Source of the DNA: Hydrolagus affinis
Lineage: Eukaryota
NCBI GenBank assembly: GCA_012026655.1
Contig: JAAILG010000009.1
Location: 1-64,000, forward strand
Length of the DNA stretch: 64,000 nt
Direction: 5' to 3'
Shown here: positions 52,246 through 61,356 of the stretch, one piece after another
Layout of the letters: each line of letters opens with the position of its first letter
How positions within the stretch are numbered: the stretch's first letter is position 1
Program-made: the position numbers and the translations under genes
The notes under the pieces: generated by a model
What the model saw: only the letters and a program-made list of their open reading frames with translations
Told to the model about the DNA's origin: nothing
Databases searched by the model: none

Positions 52246-52296
52246 AAGTGCTTGCTTGCATCTCAGATTTGTAGGCAAATTATTTACTGCTAAAAT
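52246..52296 (-). promoter_or_regulatory. Shared cluster upstream motif, degenerate copy D
   Basis: Coding strand: gtcattt...TGCCTACAAATCTGAGATGCAAGCAAGCAC, same position relative to the ATG, with the CpGs lost. Confidence 0.4.
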
Positions 52297-54382
52297 TAAA
52301 TGACGTTGTAAAGCTGATGCCTTATAGTTCCAATGCATTATTTATTTACCGATCCCATAATACAAGTAGCCACTCCACTCAAGATTTAAAAAGAGCACAT
52401 TTTAAAGAAATTATGCCATTTAAAACAATTACCTTATAAATTGACCCTATTATTTGTTCCATGTTATGGCACTAATATTCATTACATTAATGAGCAAAAT
52501 ATATGGTAATAATCTCCATAAATAAACATATGCTGTATATTGAAATGCATGGGATAAGAACTATTTTCTGCAGTTAGATTCGCTGCATTACCTTTGCACC
52601 ATTCCTATATTGAGTTGAAGCAATCCTGTACTCAACCATTCTAAACAGCAACATGCACCATGAACTTTGCACCTTATAATGTTGTTTACCAAATAACCTT
52701 TTTTTAAAAAAAAAATTACCCTTCTGTACAGTATAAATTTTAATGACAGTATTACCATAATCTCACTTTGTTCAGTTCATATAGCATTTGTCATATGTTG
52801 CCTCAAAAAATAATGACTAGCACTATTTATGGTTTACAGTTCATGAAAATTTCTGCGTTATCCATTACTGATTAATTATTAGGAAAAACACCTCACCAAT
52901 GAACCTGAAAACTGTTGTATAGATTGCCAACATCATACTCTGCTTTACCTCTCCATACTTGTGTACATCCAACCGAGTAAAAGTCATACTGTATTTGCTA
53001 CAATATCATAATGAAACAAATTATATCATCTAGCGGTTTCCTCTCATTTTCATATCCTTCAAAAGCTGCAAAACATAAACTGAGTTCATAACGTAGAAGG
53101 GTGATATTGTGATCAGCAATCAAATTTGATAAGGCTGAAAATAAAGTTTGGGTCTTCAGGCAAACCAGGTGCCAGGTAGCTGGTGTGGACAGTAAGAGGA
53201 GAGAATTGTAATGTACTATTTGATCCAATCATGATTAACATCAATAATATTTAATGATATTAATTACACTTGCCCTATCAAGTCAAAATGACTCAAAGTG
53301 CTTTGTCCAATAAATATTACAAATTAGCTGTTATACAGGCAAGTCAAGTGCCTATATAACAAATACCTCTTTGTGTAATGCACTATGTGTCATTTTCATT
53401 TTTTTTAAAAACACACAGAAGAGAAATATATAAACCCAAGTCAGGACTCCAAGTTTTATCACTCAAATTGATTGGGGGTGCACTGCATTGTGGGGTGATG
53501 TTATTTGGAAGAGATGTTAAACCGAAGTAGTATCTGCCTTTTAAGCCGGACATTAAAGATCCCATGGTTCTATTCGAACAGGAAAGGGAGAAGAGAGTTT
53601 TTCATGGTATCCTGGTCTACAGTCCCCCAGATAAAATTGGCCATTCACTTCCTGGCTATTTGTGGGCCATTGCTGTGCACAATTTTACTACAAACTCTAT
53701 TTCATTTCACAGCACAGTCACTGCACTTTGCAGTAAGTCCTGTGAAATGCTTTGAGATGTGATAAGGCGCCATGTCAAATTTAAGGATTATTATTACATG
53801 AGTTTTATATCCCTATTATAGAATAATTACATCTACCGAAGGTCAAAACAAGATGGTCAAAAATATAGCTAAACATCCATAAGTACCAAAGCTAAGGGGC
53901 CCCGCAATTTATTCGAAAAGTGGTATAAGTGAAGGATTGTGATTAGTACTTTCATCCAATAACATTATACATTTAAACTAATTGTACTTTAAAGTCTCAT
54001 GTATGTCATAGATATACACATCAAATTTATATAAAATGCAAAGAATATTATTATTATTACTACTATTATTTGTGCTATTAAATCGTTACTCTATAAATAA
54101 GATTTTTTCTATATAATGTAACATATTTTATATATTGATAATATATTTTGAAAATAAATAATATTTTTTCTACATTTCTACACCAAATGCAAGGATAATT
54201 ATTGATATTATTATTATGGTTATTATACGTAGGTTAAACCTTTGAGCAGGAAGGGAAAAAAACATCGTTTTATTTACGTTACTTGCTGCCTAAAGTCATT
54301 TCAAAAATAGTTGTATTCGGTCCCGATTCTCTTGTGATATTTTATACAAATAAAAGCAAATCACGTTTCAAAGATACCACCA

Positions 54383-54445
54383 CTTTCATCACAGTGGCGA
54401 GGTAAGGCGTGGGCCGAGAGACCTGTGGCGTAAGCAAAGACACTG
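54383..54445 (+). promoter_or_regulatory. Shared cluster upstream motif, copy E
   Basis: ctttcatcac...ACCTGTGGCGTAAGCAAAGACACTG, about 70 bp before the ATG. Confidence 0.65.
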
Positions 54446-54513
54446 TGGCGTTTGCATATATGCTGTCTCGCTTTCACAAAGTTATGAATCTGTGAATTTT
54501 GCAAAGCAAATCA

Positions 54514-55029
54514 ATGGATCCCCTGGGTTCCGGACCACAACCAGATAACAGGACTGGCCCCAGCAATCCCAAAAAGTTTTCCGTCTTCGTAAACCTTGGG
54601 AATGTCGCTCCTGACCAAGTCGTGGTGAAAATCAAGGACAGGACAATGACTGTCTCTGGGGAACATATGGAGAAGGTGCGGGATACCAGTGGGGTGGCGA
54701 AATATACTTTCCACGGTTTTTCCAACGAGTTTGACCTACCCGCTGGTGTGGAGTTCAATTCCCTGGTCTTCACGGTCCTGGACAACCACGCAATGAAGAT
54801 TGAAGTGGAGGAACCTCAACCTCAGGACCACACTTCAAACACTGAAGTGCAACCGTGTGCCTCCATGTGTTTCACCCCCAAGTCATCCGTCTTTACCCCC
54901 ATGAGGTGTTCCAACCAGAGAAAGGTCCACTTAGCAACAAAACTCAACAGCCAGAAAGGCCACAGTCATCGACAAGAACAGCCTCATCGGGCCAGGTCGA
55001 TCTCCCCCAGCCATTGCTCCAGAAATTAA
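54514..55029 (+). CDS. Cluster gene E: compact ACD protein, the most ODF1-like by eye
   Basis: MDPLGSG...FSVFVNLGNVAPDQVVVKIKDRTMTVSGEH...KYTFHGFSNEFDLPAGVEFNSLVFTV; shared upstream motif; ATTAAA at 55364-55369. Confidence 0.8.
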   Translation: MDPLGSGPQPDNRTGPSNPKKFSVFVNLGNVAPDQVVVKIKDRTMTVSGEHMEKVRDTSGVAKYTFHGFSNEFDLPAGVEFNSLVFTVLDNHAMKIEVEEPQPQDHTSNTEVQPCASMCFTPKSSVFTPMRCSNQRKVHLATKLNSQKGHSHRQEQPHRARSISPSHCSRN

Positions 55030-55804
55030 GGCACTTCCTCTACAATCCAGCAGCCGACCTGAGCTCACACATTCGAGATCGCCCAGGTTCACCTTGACAG
55101 ATTCCAAAACACGAGCTGTGCAACACTGGGGGGAGATGTCACAAGCCAATGTCTCTTCAGGCTGCGACTTCAAGAGGAATCTATACCTACTCTACCATTT
55201 CGAGCGGAGGCTCTCCTCCCCACTCCCCAGCCCCACCTCCCCCGGCACCCCCCCCGGCATAACAACATCACCTCCGAAGGAGATCTCAGTCTCATTGCCT
55301 CACTCGCATTTATAGATCTGTCTTTTCAATGAGAACTTTCGAAGCTTCTGTCCCAGTTTTGCAATTAAAAAAGATTGCTGAGGTGGAAGCACTAAACGTC
55401 AGTTTTATTTAAAATTCAGTTTTAATTATTTTATGGGTGAAACGCGGCAGTAGTGTGTCCCACAAGCAGCCATGGAGTGAGTAACCAATTTTATTTGGGG
55501 GATTGTTGGCCATGACAATGGAAAGAAGAAATTCCCTTTTCTTTTCTACTTCAACAGGCAGATGAGACCTCGGTTTAAAGTTTCATGTGAACCCACAATC
55601 TTCTGACTGAGAGGCAAGAGTGCTGAGCTAGGCTGGATTATCAGCATTACCAAAACGGAATAAGCTTTGATTTGGAATTATCTATTTACTGAATTATAAG
55701 CTTCATATTAGCAAATAAAAATGACCACAATGACTCTCCCTACTGGACATTAGAACTTGATCTGTAATCAGCTACATATCATTGATATCTCATATTGCAG
55801 TCAT

Positions 55805-56100
55805 AGGGGGTCCTGTAGCTCAGTGGTTAGAGCACTCGCCTTACAAGCAAGAGACCTAGGTTCGATTCCAGACAGGACAAAACCTTGGGCAAGTTTCTTT
55901 ACTCCATGTGCCTAGTAATAATCCCTCCAAAAAAAATCAATTGTTTATTTCAATCCATGACTGTTTGTGGGACTCTGCTGTGCACAGTTGGCTGCCACAT
56001 TATGCCCACAAATATAATCAATTCATTTTATAGTATATTCTGTGAAATGCTTTGAGACGTCCAGAAGACATGCTATATTAGATGCAAGTTTTATTATCAT
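55805..56100 (+). mobile_element. tRNA-derived SINE copy
   Basis: gtagctcagtggttagagc...ggttcgattcc head, colinear with the copy at 7082-7389. Confidence 0.85.
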
Positions 56101-56979
56101 TTAGTGTGAACATTAATTACATGAAGTGAGACTCATAATAGGTCCTGGAATTAGAAATGTTGGCATCACAGTACAGACACCAAAATAAATAAAACCCCAC
56201 AGTGAATTCAATATGTTTCATGTTCGATATACATATATCCCTCTCCACAAAATGCAGATAATTATTTTATATCTGTAATATGGCAGGTTTCAGAGGATAG
56301 TTTACAAGGTAATTGAATTCCCTCCTTTCAAATACAACTGCCATCAATCAATAGGAAGATTACTGTGCTCGTAAAATCCAGGACCTTCTGTCTCTCGGTC
56401 TCTCTTTCTCTCTCTAACCTGTTATTTTGTAAGATCATGTGTAATGACTCCACAGCAGTGGATATGACTTAAAACTATTCTATGTAATCTAAAGCAATTG
56501 GAGGTTCAGATGTGTAACAAAATCCTGGATGTTTTATCATGGTTATCATGTAGCATATTGATTAGAAGATTTGCCTTGCAAGCAAGTGAACCTGGGTTTG
56601 ATTTCTGGGCAGGGCAAAACATTAGGCAAGTTTCCCTACTCCATACGCCTCTGCTGATCCAATAGTAAGAAGGAACCCGGTTGTTAGTAAATTGACAAAT
56701 TGGTTTCCTCAATCCATGACTGTTTGTGGGGCACTACCTTGCGTCATTGGCTGCCATTTTTTGCCAACAAAATATACAGTCAATTCACTTTACACAATGT
56801 TCTGGGAAACCAGAATATAAAAATACTCCATATAACCTAAAGTACCTGTAATTGGACATTCAGATAAGTAACAAAACATTGCTTTTGCCAGTGCCTCTGC
56901 ACCTCAGGTATTGGCAGCATTAGCAGCCACGAACGCACACTCCACCTCACCAAGCCTGTCAGGAGGAGCCTTGTTCGAC

Positions 56980-57670
56980 CCTCAGCCGTCCTTTCTCCCC
57001 ACATCAGTGTCATGACCTGCTCTGCCTTCCCCCACCATCACATCATTGTCCGACACCGCTTAGGCTGCTGAAACCCTAATTCACATATTTGTCACCTCAA
57101 GTCCTAAGGAAATGTTGGCCTCGTCAACACTTCTCTCCACAAGCTGCAGATCACACCAGAACTCCATCAACCCAACCATTGGGTCCCCATCCCTCAGAAG
57201 ATAGAACTCAAAATCCTTGTCCTCAATTTCAACGTCCTCCACAGGGTTGTCCCCTCCTACCTCTCTGGTTTGCTAACCCCCTACCAACCAGCTCCCTAAA
57301 TTCAGCAGGCTCCAGCCTACTCCAGGTCTCCTGCCCGACCCGCGCTATCATTGGCGGCCAGCCTTTCAGCCTCTTTCCCCCCACCCCCCACCCAACGATG
57401 TGGAGGAAAAAGCCTCTGGAATCCCACAATCTCTTCGCCTCACTCCCTGCCTCGCCTCCTTCGAGGTACCGCTCAAAATCCTCCTTTTTCCACTGTGCCT
57501 GCAGCTGCCTTCCGACCTCTCTGCCCTCCCTTATCCCAACTCCGCCGTCCCTCCCTCCCTCCCACCCACACTCGGGTCCGGATCCCTGACTATCCAGCAC
57601 CTTGGTGTGTGTCCCCGACATGACATGAAAGGCGTTTTTTACCAATGTCATTTTGTTGTTGTTGTTGTTT
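56980..57670 (+). mobile_element. Degenerate L2-type LINE 3' end
   Basis: gctgctgaaaccctaattcac (AETLIH-like ORF2 end); 3' gcaccttgg...catgaaaggcg...(ttg)n tail seen many times in the window. Confidence 0.6.
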
Positions 57671-57971
57671 TCTTTGCGTGCTGTAACACAGACACACACA
57701 CAGACAGACAGACAACACACTGCCACGCGTGCTCCCGGGAACCAAACCAACCTTGGTTAGAACAAACCTGTTCCTCGCCCATAAGAGTCCAGGTCCCCGC
57801 TCGCTCTCTAATTTCCCACTCTTTCCTCAACTGCAGGGATCTGAATCATCGGAATAATTAAACAAATCATCTGCATAGGTTTCAGTGCCCTATGTTTAAA
57901 AAATAATAATTCTCCGGCCTCCCGGTTGTATCATTTTTCTTGAAGACTAAAAAAAAAATCAACACTGTGAA

Positions 57972-58050
57972 GTTATTTTTTTTCATCACATAGGTGAAAG
58001 ACGATGTGAGTGATCTCACGCTTACACGTTTGTAGCGTAAGCAAATCCTG
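57972..58050 (+). promoter_or_regulatory. Shared cluster upstream motif, copy F
   Basis: tttttcatcac...GTGATCTCACGCTTACACGTTTGTAGCGTAAGCAAATCCTG, about 80 bp before the ATG. Confidence 0.7.
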
Positions 58051-58128
58051 CGTGTTTTGTTATTATCAATAACACCGTTTTCCACGGTCATAGGACAAGA
58101 GTTATGCCGAGTTATGAACCTGTAAATT

Positions 58129-59320
58129 ATGCCAAAGGGATCAGGAGCGGATCCGAATAATTCATCTCAAGAATCGGCGGCTGAAAACAACAAAGCAACA
58201 GGGAAGAGTAACTCACACAAGGGGGAGGATGAGGAGCAGTGTCTCGATGGAACCAGGCAGAAAGCGTTCAGCGCGACTTTAAACGTGGGCGATGTGAACG
58301 TGGATGAGATGACTGTCAAGGTGAAGGGCAGAAAGCTTTGCGTGTCTGGTCAACACGTAGAGAACCGGGCCAACGGGTTCTGCTTTCAAAGCTTCAGCGG
58401 TGAATTTACTCTCCCTCTGGACTTGGACCACGCCACCCTGACCGCCACCATTTCCGACGACCACACCATGAGAATCGAAGGGTACCGAGCCGCGCATATC
58501 AGTTCGAGTTCGCAGACGGACGAGAGGCTCTCGGAGGTGAGAGCGGCGCTGGCGTTGAGGAAACGCGCCGCCTGCACCGCCGGTCGCAAGACACCGGATG
58601 CCAAACGCCAGCAGTTAATCAGCAGGAAAAGCAGCGTCTGCTTTGCTAACCGCGCCTCGAACGCGTCCAACCGCCTGGATTACACCGATCACATTGCCAC
58701 CGAACACATCTGCTCCACCATAGTCACCATCCCCCAGAGGTGCAAGTCCAAAGTGAACTGCAGCATCAGGAGCACAACCTCCAAGGCTTCCTTCTCACTC
58801 AACCCCAGGAACCCCAAGATAGACATGACTCACGCTTTCCCCACCAGCGAGGTCCAACCGATCAATGACATCTCCCGCCAACCCACCAACACCTCACTAC
58901 CCGATACCTGGCTTCAGACCAACACCAGCACCAATAACACCGCCGCCGCCGCCACCGCCGCCGCCACGCCTGTTAGCTCAACCGTTGGTTTGAANNNNNN
59001 NNNNNNNNNNNNNNNNNNNNNNNNNNNNNNNNNNNNNNNNNNNNNNNNNNNNNNNNNNNNNNNNNNNNNNNNNNNNNNNNNNNNNNNNNNNNNNCTCGGT
59101 AAAGCCTCTTGCATGACTGCACTTGCCAGCACCCTGCACCCAATCCAATTTGCATAACAGATCGATAACTACAGAAGAGATCATCACCTCAAATCCACCC
59201 CCCCCTCCCCCCCCCACCCCACCACCACCCTCCTCAGGCACCATCAGTGGGAGAGTCTGTCAAAAAATGACAGAACCAAACTCCCCATTGCGAAGCAATA
59301 AAGAGCTTCTAGGGAAATGA
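58129..59320 (+). CDS. Cluster gene F: ACD protein with S/T/A-rich tail, interrupted by an N-gap; 3' end uncertain (59157 or 59320)
   Basis: FSATLNVGDVNVDEMTVKVKGRKLCVSGQHVE...FQSFSGEFTLPLDLDHATLTATISDDHTMRIEG; gap at 58995-59094; a Pro-rich frame after the gap ends at 59320; AATAAA at 59444-59449. Confidence 0.75.
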
Positions 59321-61003
59321 TACCAATCGCTTGGATGGATTGAAGGAAGCAGTTTCTACGACTTCGAGTCTCGTCTGGCGATGGAGAAGAATGATCTCGC
59401 CTTCAATTGGTCTCCGAGCGCCCAGCCACAATCTGTAGTTATCAATAAATAAAACGCAGATTTGAGCTTGTTGTTGCCATTGTCCAAATTCATTCACACG
59501 TGTAAGATCTTCCAATTGGGTGTTGTAACTAACAAGGAATTCGAATTGATTTACCTCCCACGAATTCAGAGCAGGACATGGCAGGTCAGTGTCACGATTG
59601 TAATAAGCTTGCACTTTGGGGTTTGCTAGGTCACTCAGCTTGTCAATCAAACGATTTATTTGTTTAGCTTTTGGCGATCACTCCAGTTGTTCCTTTGAAA
59701 GCGACCGACTGCAATGGATTCAAGAAGATGGCCCAGAGGAAACTTCTCAATGAAGCAAAGTGTAAGGTGTCACCAATATAATCCTGTACAAATGTTTCAG
59801 TTCGATGCAGAATATAGAGTTGTTGTGGTCCTGGACTAACATAGCAAACCCTGATAGTGCTGATGTAGTGTTTTGGAGAACTCAACACCCTGAATATGTC
59901 ATATCCTCCCAGTACAATCGTTGAAAGGCTTTGCACTGTATGAAGTCTAAGGTTTTTTTTTTTTACTTTGAACCAAATTAGTACATTATTGGCCAAATAC
60001 AAGTAAGAGTTTTGAAAGCGATAACTGCAAACAGGACTGAGCCCTTTTGAGGATTCTCAACAACGGGAGGAAAGCTTCTCCCACTGTCAGTACCACTATT
60101 AGTCCTTAGCTGCTTTTATCACCTGGTACTGAACCACATAACCCCGATGATTTGTCCACTTTAAATTCCATCAACCTATTATTTACCACTTTGGTGTCGA
60201 TATTTATATCAAACAGTCCCTTGCAGCTGACTGCTTTCTTCTAAAAATTTCTCTATAACTGTTTGATGATATTAATATTAATCTTAGGCGTTGTGACTTT
60301 CTTTCCAGATTTACATTCAAGTAGTGATCTGCTAAACACACAATTCACACGATGAAGGTATACACCGAACTGTATGTCCAGAACAGTGGAGTCTCGGAGA
60401 CGAGTACGTTCGAGTCCAGTAGATGTTGGCAAGTCTGGAGGTAAACATGGTAGCGACTACATCCAACAGTATCGATACTATATTTACAGTCTTATCTCAT
60501 TGTAGCATCCGATACTGTATGATCTTAAACAACACCATGCAAACCTCATAGCTGGCACAATTACAAGGACATGATTTGAAAGCCATCTTTGGGTTAGGGT
60601 TAGGGTTGGTGGTATTTCCCAGTTCACATATGGATTTCAGGTCATATACTTTCATGGGTATATTCGAAGTTATATCACCGATATCCGCTCGCCCAATATT
60701 TTGTGGTTAATCGCACATTCCCCGCCAACCCTGGCCGAGCAAATACGTCGGGCCCTTTGTGGCGTAATATCTTTATTGCAACTTTGGAGCATCCCTCTAC
60801 AACAACAACAACAACAACTTCGATTTACATAGCGCCCTCCACGCCGGACGGCGTCTCTCTCAGAGCGCTTCAAATACACTCTGCACACTATACAGTGTCA
60901 GCTCGCCCGCCGCACATCATGTCACTTCCAGTGACACAGTTGCAGGACATAAAAACTCTCTTGTAAAGCAATGCCGCAGGTCACAGAAGTGTACAATGAA
61001 GCC

Positions 61004-61043
61004 TGTGATCTCACGCTTACAAACACGTGGCGTAACAAATACA
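61004..61043 (+). promoter_or_regulatory. Shared cluster upstream motif, copy G
   Basis: TGTGATCTCACGCTTACAAACACGTGGCGTAACAAATAC, almost identical to copy A. Confidence 0.7.
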
Positions 61044-61076
61044 TCTGTCGCATGTGTCTCCGTTGCGATCAACCTG

Positions 61077-61356
61077 ATGGACTCTGTGAATGATGATAGT
61101 AAGATTTTTTTTTCAGCGACGGACCCTTCCATACATCTCCTCCCAGTTGGGACGTTGGTAACACTTAGATAAAAGAAGAAGAAGAAGAAGAAGGCAACTG
61201 AAAGGCGGCAGCGATTCGTGAAGATCTCGCTTTGGGTCTGCTCGTCTCTCCTCTTGGTGAAAAACCACACTTGGGGAACAGATTGAGAGAGAGGCGGAGC
61301 TGAGGGGTACCTCGAAGAGAGCTGATTCCAGAGCTGATCGTGCCCTCGGTGCTGGC
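61077..61356 (+). pseudogene. Disrupted 5' part (ancestral start and decayed ACD) of cluster gene G
   Basis: The ATG GAC frame reads MDSVND...VTLR*KKKKKKKATERRQRFVKISL...VKNHT; a frame change then gives LGEQIEREAELRG, which runs into the 576-aa ORF. Confidence 0.45.

Noticed and set aside
60591-60608. gggttagggttagggtt telomere-like repeat
   Set aside because: Only about 2.5 units; too short to call an interstitial telomeric site.
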